From a bacterium (GTDB lineage: Bacteria > Sysuimicrobiota > Sysuimicrobiia > Sysuimicrobiales > Humicultoraceae): DNA of 64,000 bases. The notes under the pieces are model-generated. The model did not search any database and had not been told where the DNA came from. It was given only the letters and a program-made list of their open reading frames with translations. The stretch covers positions 14,731 to 78,730 of the forward strand of contig JBGQGY010000002.1 in the NCBI GenBank assembly GCA_041497675.1. Direction: 5' to 3'. The position numbers and the translations under genes are program-made. Of this stretch, positions 10,853 to 19,073 are shown in pieces (the stretch's first letter is position 1; the number at the start of each line of letters is the position of its first letter).

Positions 10853-11205
10853 GACTTTTCCCCCCCCTGTCCTTCGAGGATGCGTTCCACCAGCCAGTCC
10901 ACTGCATTTGCGTCGTCGTTGCGGTAGTGCAACCGTTCGTGCACTTCGAGGATCAGACGCACGCCGGCCAAGTTCAGCCGATGCAGCTCAATCAACTGCC
11001 GGATGACCCTGACCCGCTCGATGTCGTGGTCCGAGTACAGGCGGATTCGGTTACGCCGGACCGGGCTCAGCAGCCCCCTCGCCTCGTAGATCCTGAGGGT
11101 GCGAGGGTGCAAGCCAGTGATCTCCGCAGCGACGCTGATGACATAGACGGGTCTCGCTCCTCTCGCCCCGCCCCTGTCTGCGATTCTGGCCCGGCTCCTC
11201 GTCAT
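10849..11205 (-). CDS. hspR: MerR-family heat-shock repressor HspR
   Basis: The N-terminal MerR helix-turn-helix (YVISVAAEITGLHPRTLRIYEARGLL) matches HspR. The gene is the first in a dnaK-grpE-dnaJ-clpB operon, and its stop overlaps the hsp20 start (ATGA). Confidence 0.75.
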   Translation of the reverse strand: MTRSRARIADRGGARGARPVYVISVAAEITGLHPRTLRIYEARGLLSPVRRNRIRLYSDHDIERVRVIRQLIELHRLNLAGVRLILEVHERLHYRNDDANAVDWLVERILEGQGGEKS

Positions 11206-11229
11206 TGGCAGAACCCCTGATAACTATCC

Positions 11230-11246
11230 TGACAATATCATTGTCA
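11230..11246. promoter_or_regulatory. Candidate HspR operator and promoter: the perfect palindrome TGACAAT-ATC-ATTGTCA overlapping a TTGACA -35 hexamer on the minus strand
   Basis: The palindrome is read directly from the sequence. It lies about 40 nt upstream of the hspR start and is the only sizeable non-coding stretch (11206-11299) ahead of the six-gene chaperone operon. The canonical HAIR (CTTGAGT-N7-ACTCAAG) and CIRCE elements are absent. Confidence 0.45.
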
Positions 11247-11299
11247 ATCTTTCTGCGTTTGTCAACACCCATCATTGGGCGAGTGTGGAAGCGGGCTGT

Positions 11300-11968
11300 C
11301 TAGCGGACGAGACCCTTGCGGATAGCGTGCGCGACCGCCTGTGACCGATCGCGCACTCCGATCTTGCGGTAGATCGTGCGAAGGTGGCTCTTGATGGTGC
11401 TCTCAGAGACGAAGAGTTTCGACGCCAGCTCGCGGGGGCTCGCACCGTTCGCGATCCCCACGAGGATCTCGACTTCCCGATTGGTCAGTCCGTGGCTATG
11501 AAGACGCGCCCCGCCGTTGGAGCGCCCGCGCGACATCGAGGAGATCCGATCGAGCAGCTTGCGGGTCACGCCGGGGTGCACCGCCGACATCCCCGCCCGC
11601 ACGGCCCGGATGGCGCGGACGAGATTCTCGGGGGTAATATCCTTGAGGATGTAGCCGCTGGCGCCGGCCTGGATGGCCTCGAACACGACTTCGTCGTCAT
11701 CAAACGCCGTGAGCACCAACACTTCCAGGCTGCCGTTGTTCTTCTTAATACGTCTAATGGCTTCGACCCCATCCAGCTTGGGAAGCCGAATGTCCATGAG
11801 CACAATGTCGGGCTTGAGCTCCGCCGAGAGCCGCACGGCTTCCTCGCCATCACCGGCTTCGGCCACGATGCGCAAATCGGGCTCCCGATCGAGCAGGAGC
11901 TTGAGCCCTGACCGCACGAGCAGCTGGTCTTCGACCAGCAGGATGCTGATCACGTCGTTCCTCCACAC
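11300..11968 (-). CDS. NarL/LuxR-family response regulator (REC domain plus LuxR-type HTH)
   Basis: The REC domain (LLVEDQ...LMDIRLP...) is followed by a LuxR helix-turn-helix (LTNREVEIL...[17 protein letters not shown]). A GGAGGA Shine-Dalgarno precedes the start. Confidence 0.9.
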   Translation of the reverse strand: MWRNDVISILLVEDQLLVRSGLKLLLDREPDLRIVAEAGDGEEAVRLSAELKPDIVLMDIRLPKLDGVEAIRRIKKNNGSLEVLVLTAFDDDEVVFEAIQAGASGYILKDITPENLVRAIRAVRAGMSAVHPGVTRKLLDRISSMSRGRSNGGARLHSHGLTNREVEILVGIANGASPRELASKLFVSESTIKSHLRTIYRKIGVRDRSQAVAHAIRKGLVR

Positions 11969-12033
11969 ACGGCTCGACGATGATCGGCAGTCCTCCGGCG
12001 ATTGCCGACTCGTTCGGAAGAGCGTTTGTTTGT

Positions 12034-12051
12034 GACAGAACGCGTACTGTC
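12034..12051. promoter_or_regulatory. Imperfect 18-bp palindrome (GACAGAACGCGTACTGTC) in the 125-bp spacer between the two response-regulator paralogs
   Basis: Read directly from the sequence. It has two mismatches and a central ACGCGT core, and lies upstream of the downstream regulator gene. Confidence 0.3.
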
Positions 12052-12093
12052 TGGTAGATATGTTAGCTTCAGTGCCTGCGGTGAGGATTCCTC

Positions 12094-12747
12094 CTAGCGG
12101 ATGAACCCCTTGCGGATCGCATAGGCGACAGCCTGTGACCGGTCGCGAACACCGATCTTGCGGTAGATCGTGCGAAGGTGGCTCTTGACGGTGCTCTCCG
12201 ACACGAACAGTTTGGCCGCCAACTCGCGGCTGGACAGTCCTTTTGACACACCTACCAGGATCTCCACTTCCCGCGCCGTCAGACCGTCGCTGTGGATCGG
12301 GGCAGCGCCGGGCGTCCGAGCCCGCGACATCAGAGAGATACGCTCCAGCAGCTTCCGCGTGATTCCGGGGTGGACCGTCGACATCCCGGCCCGTACGGCG
12401 CGGATCGCCCGCACGAGATTGCTTGGCGTAATATCCTTCAACACGTAGCCGCTGGCACCGGCCTGAATCGCCTGGAACACGCTCTCGTCGTCTTCGTACG
12501 CGGAGAGCACCAGTACCTCAACGTCGCCGTTGCCTTCCTTGATCTGGCGCGTCGCCTCGATGCCGTCCATCTTGGGGAGCTTGATGTCCATCAGCACAAG
12601 GTCGGGCCGCAATTCAGTGGCCATCTTGACGGCCTGTTCCCCGTCCTCGGCCTCGCCGACGACGCGGATGTCGGCCTCTTGGTCGAGCAGAGCCCGGAGT
12701 CCGGATCGAACCAGACACTGGTCTTCAACGAGCAGGACGCTGATCAC
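12094..12747 (-). CDS. NarL/LuxR-family response regulator, paralog of 11300..11968
   Basis: It has the same domain order. Long stretches are nucleotide-identical with the paralog (for example GATCTTGCGGTAGATCGTGCGAAGGTGGCTCTTGA). It starts with GTG 21 nt after the kinase stop. Confidence 0.9.
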   Translation of the reverse strand: MISVLLVEDQCLVRSGLRALLDQEADIRVVGEAEDGEQAVKMATELRPDLVLMDIKLPKMDGIEATRQIKEGNGDVEVLVLSAYEDDESVFQAIQAGASGYVLKDITPSNLVRAIRAVRAGMSTVHPGITRKLLERISLMSRARTPGAAPIHSDGLTAREVEILVGVSKGLSSRELAAKLFVSESTVKSHLRTIYRKIGVRDRSQAVAYAIRKGFIR

Positions 12748-12768
12748 ACAGATTCTCCAACTCTCATT

Positions 12769-13947
12769 TTACGCGCCCTTGCGCGCTTCGACTCGCCGGA
12801 TCGGGAGGGCGATCAGCACCCGCGTACCCCGGCCGGACTGCGAGCGGAGGACGAGCGTACCTCCAAGCCTCGCGAGCCGTTCTTGCATCGTCATCAATCC
12901 GAACGAGAGCCTGCGGGCGTCGATACGCAGCGCCCGCGCCACGTCGAACCCCACCCCGTCGTCGCGCACCGTGACTTCAAACGCATCTCCTCTGACTCGC
13001 CCGTGCACTTCGACGTGCTTTGCCGACGAATGCCGGTAGACGTTGGCCAGGGCTTCGTTGATGACCTGGAACACCTCGTCGGCGGTGGTCTCATCGAGGA
13101 CCGTATCCGGAGCGCGCCACCGCAGCGAGCACGTCAGCCCGCGCGTCCGCTCCAACCGTGACAGCGCTTCTTTCACGCGCTCTTCCAACGTTGCCTCTGG
13201 ATGCGCGACCCGCAGGTTGCGGATCAGCGCCCGCATTTGCCGGATGGCCTGCTCCAGCTCAGCTTCAAGACCGGTCAGGGTCTTGGTCGAACCCCGCCGC
13301 CCGCCCGCGCGCACAAGCCGCAGGTGCAGCATGATGCCGGAGAGCAACTGCAGCGGACCGTCATGGATCTCACGGGCTACGCGGTCGCGCACCTCGCTGG
13401 TTGTGCTGGCCTCCGTGTGGCGGCGGATCCGCGCTTGCTCGACGCGTCCCACGCTTGCCTGGACCGCCAGGAGGGCTGCCAAATACCGGTCCGGGGGCGC
13501 GACGGGCGAAGACGAAAACAGACCGAGCGCGCCAAACGCACCGCTACCGGCCAATACGGGGAGTATCACACCGCGCCGGACGGGCTGGCGCAGCGGTCGG
13601 TCGCGGCTGGCGAGTTCGATCGGGCGCTTGCGTTGAATGATCTCGGCGTGCCAGCGCTGGAGCAGCCGTGCCGAGGGCCAGACTGCCTGTGCCGGATGTC
13701 GGATTTCGAGGAAGTCGGTTGGGCCGTCGGGAAGCCGCAGCACAGCGACCTCGGCGCCTGACAGCGCGGCGGCCTCGCGTACGGCCGACGCGAGGAACGC
13801 TGTCTCATCACTACCCGGGGTCGCGCGGGCGATCCGGCTGAAAGCCGCGAAGACCTCCTCAGGCACGTGACGCTGTCCTCCGGTTGGACCTGGGCCTGCG
13901 AACAAGGTTCCAGGATGATGAATATCTAGTCGGAATGCCAGCGACAT
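12769..13947 (-). CDS. Cytoplasmic GAF-containing sensor histidine kinase (HisKA_3/NarX-like with HATPase_c)
   Basis: An H-box ([13 protein letters not shown]) is followed by ATPase N/G boxes ([18 protein letters not shown]). No TM segment is present. The start is trimmed to ATG 13947, which has a GGAGGG Shine-Dalgarno; the track ORF begins 41 codons upstream in probable read-through. Confidence 0.85.
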   Translation of the reverse strand: MSLAFRLDIHHPGTLFAGPGPTGGQRHVPEEVFAAFSRIARATPGSDETAFLASAVREAAALSGAEVAVLRLPDGPTDFLEIRHPAQAVWPSARLLQRWHAEIIQRKRPIELASRDRPLRQPVRRGVILPVLAGSGAFGALGLFSSSPVAPPDRYLAALLAVQASVGRVEQARIRRHTEASTTSEVRDRVAREIHDGPLQLLSGIMLHLRLVRAGGRRGSTKTLTGLEAELEQAIRQMRALIRNLRVAHPEATLEERVKEALSRLERTRGLTCSLRWRAPDTVLDETTADEVFQVINEALANVYRHSSAKHVEVHGRVRGDAFEVTVRDDGVGFDVARALRIDARRLSFGLMTMQERLARLGGTLVLRSQSGRGTRVLIALPIRRVEARKGA

Positions 13948-14153
13948 GACCCTCCGGCAATATCTATTATGCCCATCGTGAGGACTTCTAGACCCGACCG
14001 GACTACGCCGCTCGGAGGAGTGACTAGGCGGCTCGAAACGTGCCTGCATCCCCCCGTGGCGGTGCACCACCGGCCGGGGTGCCGTTGGACCAGCATAGGG
14101 CCTCGGCGCGTCGGGGGAAAGGCCCGGGGTGGTCTCCCGGCCGGGCGGCGCCC

Positions 14154-14849
14154 CTACTTACGAGCATAGACGTTCACGTGCAGCGGAAACCGCGGATCGG
14201 CCCAATCCAGGTCGGCGCGCGAGGCGTCCTCGATCGCGTTGCGATTCGCAGCGCAAAACGCGGCGATCGGGTTCCCGTGAATCGAGATGCTCACTTCAGA
14301 GAACGGTGCCAGCAGCAGCCGGAGCGAGTCTTCGGTGAACCGCCAGTAGTCGCCGGGGAACCCGTTGCGTGGAGCCGTGAGGCTGACACGGGGTACGGTC
14401 ATCAACAGCAGACCGCCCGGCGTGAGTACGCGGTGGATCTCGGCAGCCGCAGCAAAGGGATCGGGCACGAGGAGCAGCACCTGGGTACAGACGATGCAGT
14501 CGAAGCTCGCGTCGGTTACCTGCGGCATCTTCTGGACGTCGGCGACGATCGTGACGTGCTCACCCGACGTCAGGCTCATGATATCGTACCGCTCGACGCG
14601 CGCCGGATCGAAGTACGCTTTGTAGTCGGGCCACCCGAACTCAAGGATGCGGCCCCGCACTTCGTGTGCATGGGAACGGATGAAGGTCCCGCTGTAGTAC
14701 CGGTTGACCGGCGTCCCGTAGTCGAACCCCCGGCCCTGAGAAAGCGGGAGCACGCGGCAGCGGTAGAGCATCCTGAGCCACCGCACGGTGCATCGCGCGA
14801 GCAGGCGCCGGCCCCAATGCCACGCGGAAAGCCGCAGTTCCCGGGTCAC
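14154..14849 (-). CDS. Class I SAM-dependent methyltransferase
   Basis: The product has Methyltransf_11-like features (DCIVCTQVLLLVPDP and LTPGGLLLMTVP). The real start may be internal. Confidence 0.7.
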   Translation of the reverse strand: MTRELRLSAWHWGRRLLARCTVRWLRMLYRCRVLPLSQGRGFDYGTPVNRYYSGTFIRSHAHEVRGRILEFGWPDYKAYFDPARVERYDIMSLTSGEHVTIVADVQKMPQVTDASFDCIVCTQVLLLVPDPFAAAAEIHRVLTPGGLLLMTVPRVSLTAPRNGFPGDYWRFTEDSLRLLLAPFSEVSISIHGNPIAAFCAANRNAIEDASRADLDWADPRFPLHVNVYARK

Positions 14850-14966
14850 GTAAGAACTGTTCCCAAGCCCGTTCGGCTCCAGGCCGCCGCGGCCGACCCC
14901 GCCGGGCAGGGTGTGACAGGGAGGGATGGATCTTTCGCGCAGAGAAGTCCGTTCTTATAGAGGGCA

Positions 14967-16157
14967 ATGCGAGGGGTGAACCTGCTCAGGCTGTGCCTGG
15001 CCGTCGCCCTGTGCGGCGGCCTTGTCGTCCCGCGCGCGGGCGCCGGACCGGGCGGTTTGCTCACCCCTGTCATTGTCTACGTGCCCGAGGAGTTCCATAC
15101 CGGTGGCGCGTATACCGCGATCCAAGCCAGCGCGGATGGCCGGGTCTATATCGGGACGACAATCTATGACGGGTACGCGCACTTGCTCGCGTTTTCTGCG
15201 GCCTCGGGGCGGTTCGAGAACCTGGTGAACGTCGGGGTGGTCACCGGCGAGCGCACCCCCGGACCGTACGCCCAGGCCAAGATCCATACGAAGCCGGCCA
15301 TCGCGCCCGACGGCCGTGTCTACGTCGGCACCAAGTCCGGCAAGCCGGCCCGTGAAGCGCGCTGGCAAGAGAACTATCCCGGCGGCCATCTGCTCGTCTA
15401 CGATCCGCGGGCCGGGACTACCACCGATCTCGGCATCATCAAACCAAAGGTCAGCATCATCGCCGTGGGGGTCGACCCCTCGCGCGGCATCGTGTATGCC
15501 CTCACCGATCCGGACAGCCATCTTGTGACCTATGATCCGCGAACCCGACAGTTTGTCGACCGCGGGCAGTTTGGACCGCCCGGGCAGGATCCGACGCGCT
15601 ATCTGGTCGTGCTCGCCAACGGCGACGCCTTCCACCGGTGGGACACCAGCACCATGTCGAGATTTGTGGCCTCGTCGGGATCGATCGAACGCGTGCCGCT
15701 GGTCGTCACGGGTGCGGGGACCTACGAAGCACCGTACGCGGTGGCCACGGCGCCCGACGGGCGCCGATTCCTCGGCGTCGGCAAGACATCGGGCCAGGCG
15801 TACGTGTTCGAGCCGAGGGAACGGGACATTGCCGTGCGAATCCTCGGGGCCGTCGCGCCGGACGGGTACACGACGTCGGGCAGCCACTACACGATGACGG
15901 CGGCGCCAGACGGCGCGGTGTACTACACGGGGCAGTTTGGGCAGGACCTGTTCGTCGAACGCGTGCCGGCCGACCTTGGGAGACCCGTGCTCGTCGGCCG
16001 CGTTGCGCCCCTTGGGCCGCCGCCGGCGGGGTACTCGCGGCAGGTCGCCCGCGACTTGGTCGTGCAGGGATCGACGGCCACGCCGGACGGCACCCTGATC
16101 GTGATGACGGCGTATCCGCTGCGGCTGCTGCTCTTTAGGGGCCTGGCGCCACGGTGA
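14967..16157 (+). CDS. Secreted repeat protein, probably a beta-propeller, with a signal peptide
   Basis: An N-terminal signal peptide (LLRLCLAVALCGGLVVPRAGA) is followed by a recurring PDGRVY/APDG..Y repeat. A GAGGGG Shine-Dalgarno precedes the GTG start. Confidence 0.6.
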   Translation: MRGVNLLRLCLAVALCGGLVVPRAGAGPGGLLTPVIVYVPEEFHTGGAYTAIQASADGRVYIGTTIYDGYAHLLAFSAASGRFENLVNVGVVTGERTPGPYAQAKIHTKPAIAPDGRVYVGTKSGKPAREARWQENYPGGHLLVYDPRAGTTTDLGIIKPKVSIIAVGVDPSRGIVYALTDPDSHLVTYDPRTRQFVDRGQFGPPGQDPTRYLVVLANGDAFHRWDTSTMSRFVASSGSIERVPLVVTGAGTYEAPYAVATAPDGRRFLGVGKTSGQAYVFEPRERDIAVRILGAVAPDGYTTSGSHYTMTAAPDGAVYYTGQFGQDLFVERVPADLGRPVLVGRVAPLGPPPAGYSRQVARDLVVQGSTATPDGTLIVMTAYPLRLLLFRGLAPR

Positions 16158-17383
16158 GCGGGGTTCGCGCGCTCATCGCGGCGTTCCTACTGGCGGGGGC
16201 GCTCTTCAGCGCTCCCGCGATCGTTCCGGACGCGCGCGCCGCGGCGCCATCGAAGCGGATCGCGTTCCTGATCGATTCGTGGTATCCAATCTCGCACGCC
16301 GACGTAATCGGCACGCGGTTCCTCGAGGGCTACCGGATGGGCGATCGGACGTATCCTTCCCCGGTCGGCGTCGCCTCGGTCCTCACGATTGCCCCGCGAC
16401 CAACCGACCGCGGCAACGAACTCACCTCGCGCTATGGCATCCGTCTTGCGGGGTCGGTGGCCGAGGCGCTGCTCGACGATCCGCGGGCTGCGCAACCGAA
16501 GCTGGCCGTGGATGGCGTACTGCTCGCGGTACGCACCCCGCTGCCCGCGACAACTCCGGCGGAGCCCTCCGGACAGTTCCGGCTCTTCAGGGACACGATG
16601 ACGGTCTTCGATCGCGCAGGCAGCCGCGTGCCGGTCTTCGTCGACAAGAACCTGGCCGCGACGTGGCAGGAGAGTCAGACGATCATGACCGAGGGCGCAA
16701 AGCGGGGCGTGCCGTTGATGGCCGGGTCCGTCGTCCCATGGGTGCCCCTTGAGCCGTCGCTGCCGGTGGGACGCAAGCCGCTCGTGGCGGTCGCCGTGGC
16801 CGCGGCGCCGTACGACCTGTACGCCATCCACGTCGCCGATCTCTTGCAGGCAGTCGTCGAGACGCGCGGCGCGAGGGAGACAGGGGTCGCGTGGGTGCGG
16901 GAGGTGGGTCGGGGCTTCTGGTCGATGCCGGACGGGAACCAGTGGGGGCGCGACGTCCTGGACACGCTGTTGACCACCGCGCGGACGCGGCGGTCCTACG
17001 CGCCGAGGATTCCCGACGGACTGACAGACGACGTCTATGTGGTCTTAGTGCAGTATGTCGATGGGATGAGGGGCGTTGTCGCGTTGATGACGCGCCAGTT
17101 CGATGACGCGGAGTTTCGCGTGGGGATCCGCTACGAGGGGCAGGTGGCGCCGTACATCGGTGGGCTGGTGCTCGGCGGGGCCCCGTACGATCACTTCGGC
17201 TATCTCGCTCACGCGCTCGTGCAATTCTACACGACCGGTAAGCCTGTCGCGCCGGCCGACCGGACGCTGCTGAGTACGGGGATCAGCCTGATGGGCATGC
17301 AGTCACGCCAAACGGGAGGGCAAACGATCTCGTCCCCAACGCTTGGCGTGAGCTACGCGGTGTTCAATACGTTTAGCCGCTAG
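16154..17383 (+). CDS. Secreted hypothetical protein with a signal peptide
   Basis: A signal peptide (ALIAAFLLAGALFSAPA) is present. Its start overlaps the stop of the upstream gene (ATGA), implying a two-gene operon. Confidence 0.55.
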   Translation: MSGVRALIAAFLLAGALFSAPAIVPDARAAAPSKRIAFLIDSWYPISHADVIGTRFLEGYRMGDRTYPSPVGVASVLTIAPRPTDRGNELTSRYGIRLAGSVAEALLDDPRAAQPKLAVDGVLLAVRTPLPATTPAEPSGQFRLFRDTMTVFDRAGSRVPVFVDKNLAATWQESQTIMTEGAKRGVPLMAGSVVPWVPLEPSLPVGRKPLVAVAVAAAPYDLYAIHVADLLQAVVETRGARETGVAWVREVGRGFWSMPDGNQWGRDVLDTLLTTARTRRSYAPRIPDGLTDDVYVVLVQYVDGMRGVVALMTRQFDDAEFRVGIRYEGQVAPYIGGLVLGGAPYDHFGYLAHALVQFYTTGKPVAPADRTLLSTGISLMGMQSRQTGGQTISSPTLGVSYAVFNTFSR

Positions 17384-17397
17384 CCGGCCACCTTCGC

Positions 17398-19053
17398 TTA
17401 CTTCGCCAGCGCGTACAAGTGGTAGTGCTCGTCCGCGTATTCGGTCTTCCAACCGGCGCAGCCCTCGAGCCCGCCGCCTCTCAGGATGACGTGGGTGACC
17501 CCGTACCCGGAGGATAGCTCCTTGAGGAGGCGGCAACGCTCTTCCGGGGAGGGCTGGACGGGTGTCGGAGCCGGGGCCTGCCGTGGCGCGCGGCCGGTCC
17601 GACGGCCTTCGCGCTGGTAGCGGAAGTCATCCTCCGCGTTCGCCTCGACCTCACCGTAGAACGCCTGCGCCAGGTGCAACCGCTTGTACCATTCCATCAC
17701 CCCGACGTCATCGTAAGGGATGACCGAATGTTCCATAAAAGCCGGGGCACCAGTATAGAGCCGAAACGTGCGCCAGTTCGGCGGAATGAGATAAGTTTGA
17801 CCAGGCACTCCCGTGCGTTTGACGTGCCGCATGACGGTGGGTATCCGCCTCGCGTCCAGGGCAAACCGCGCTCTGGTCTCAAGCACTCCGGCGATGCAGA
17901 ACAATACCAGGACGCCCACGCTCGCCACAACGAGGGCCTGCCCCGCAGCCGCGCCGGTTTCGAGCCGGCTGACCACGAGGGACACGGCGTATCCGAGGAT
18001 GATCAGGGTCGCGAGCGGCACGGTGAAGGCCGACATCCGCCAGGGAAGGAGTGCGGCGAGCGTGTTGTTGTATCGGACGGCCTGCGCCGCCGTCAGCACC
18101 GCCGTGGTGAGAAACGACCCCAGGAGAATCCAGAAAAAATCGGTCTTCCGAACAAGATAGAGGGCAGCCACGATCAGCGCGACCTTGATGTAGACCGCCC
18201 CACCCAGCCATAGCGACGGCACCGAGGGCGGATAGTACGCGACCCGCCAGAGGATATTCTGCGCTTCCTTCCAGAGCGCGGGATTCGTCGGGCCGAACGC
18301 CAGATAGGAATACGCCAGCACCGGCAGGATGAGCACGAACGCCAGGAGACCCAACCCGATTGCCGGCCGTACTCCCTTCCCGCGCCGGATCATGATGGCC
18401 ATGTAGGTGAGTGTGAGCACTGCCGAGCAGAGGACGTAACTGGGTTGGAATATCGATGCGATCGTAGACGTCGTGATGGCCCATACCGGCCGGCCGCGCA
18501 TGAACAGGTAGATCGAGAGCAACAGAAACGCCCCAAAGGTGCCCGGGTTCAGCATGTCCCCCAGGATGCGTTTCTCGCCGATGCCCTCCAGCAACAGGAT
18601 CCGGCCGATGTTGAAGTGGTGCGGTGACGAGGTGAGCGGCAGGCGAAGGCCCATGCGGACGAGGTAGCCAAATACCGGCGAGTGGAGCGCGACCATCAGG
18701 GTCACAAAGATGAGAAACGTCGCGCGCGTGCGGTGGATGGGAACGAGCTGCGAGATGATACCAATCATAGAGAACGCGTAGACGCCAGCCAGCACGAGGA
18801 AGTACAGATACACGAGGCGCAGACTCAGATATCGCTGCGTAAATTCGACCAGCCCGGAGAACACGGGCCACGGATCCGGCGTCTGAGCGAACCAGTCGGC
18901 GCGCAGCAGGCCATAACCCGCCTTGGCCAACCCCTGGAAGAAGTATTGATTCTGCGTGTGATAAAAGAGCGCGTACTGCGCATAGGCGACGGCGAACGCC
19001 GCCGCCGCAAAGAGCACATACGACCGGGGCACCGGCCGTGACACGTCGACCAT
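17398..19053 (-). CDS. Large polytopic membrane protein (about 12 TM helices plus a C-terminal soluble domain), family not recognised, possibly GT-C-like
   Basis: A 551-aa hydrophobic N-terminus is followed by a C-terminal domain of about 130 aa (IPYDDVGVMEWYKR...THVILRGG). It is a paralog of 26980..28620 and shares NQYF, LRxDW and DPxPxFS motifs with it. Confidence 0.6.
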   Translation of the reverse strand: MVDVSRPVPRSYVLFAAAAFAVAYAQYALFYHTQNQYFFQGLAKAGYGLLRADWFAQTPDPWPVFSGLVEFTQRYLSLRLVYLYFLVLAGVYAFSMIGIISQLVPIHRTRATFLIFVTLMVALHSPVFGYLVRMGLRLPLTSSPHHFNIGRILLLEGIGEKRILGDMLNPGTFGAFLLLSIYLFMRGRPVWAITTSTIASIFQPSYVLCSAVLTLTYMAIMIRRGKGVRPAIGLGLLAFVLILPVLAYSYLAFGPTNPALWKEAQNILWRVAYYPPSVPSLWLGGAVYIKVALIVAALYLVRKTDFFWILLGSFLTTAVLTAAQAVRYNNTLAALLPWRMSAFTVPLATLIILGYAVSLVVSRLETGAAAGQALVVASVGVLVLFCIAGVLETRARFALDARRIPTVMRHVKRTGVPGQTYLIPPNWRTFRLYTGAPAFMEHSVIPYDDVGVMEWYKRLHLAQAFYGEVEANAEDDFRYQREGRRTGRAPRQAPAPTPVQPSPEERCRLLKELSSGYGVTHVILRGGGLEGCAGWKTEYADEHYHLYALAK

Positions 19054-19073
19054 GAGATCCTCCTGGCGCGCTG

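Noticed and set aside
11206-11299. A search for canonical HAIR (CTTGAGT-N7-ACTCAAG) and CIRCE (TTAGCACTC-N9-GAGTGCTAA) heat-shock operators
   Set aside because: Neither motif was seen in the promoter region of the chaperone operon or elsewhere in intergenic DNA. Only the different TGACAAT-N3-ATTGTCA palindrome is present.
14100-14153. A possible intrinsic terminator (GC-rich self-complementary CCCGGCCGGG followed by a TTTCCCCC run) downstream of the methyltransferase 14154..14849
   Set aside because: The stem is imperfect and the U-tract is weak and interrupted. It is kept only as a low-confidence note.
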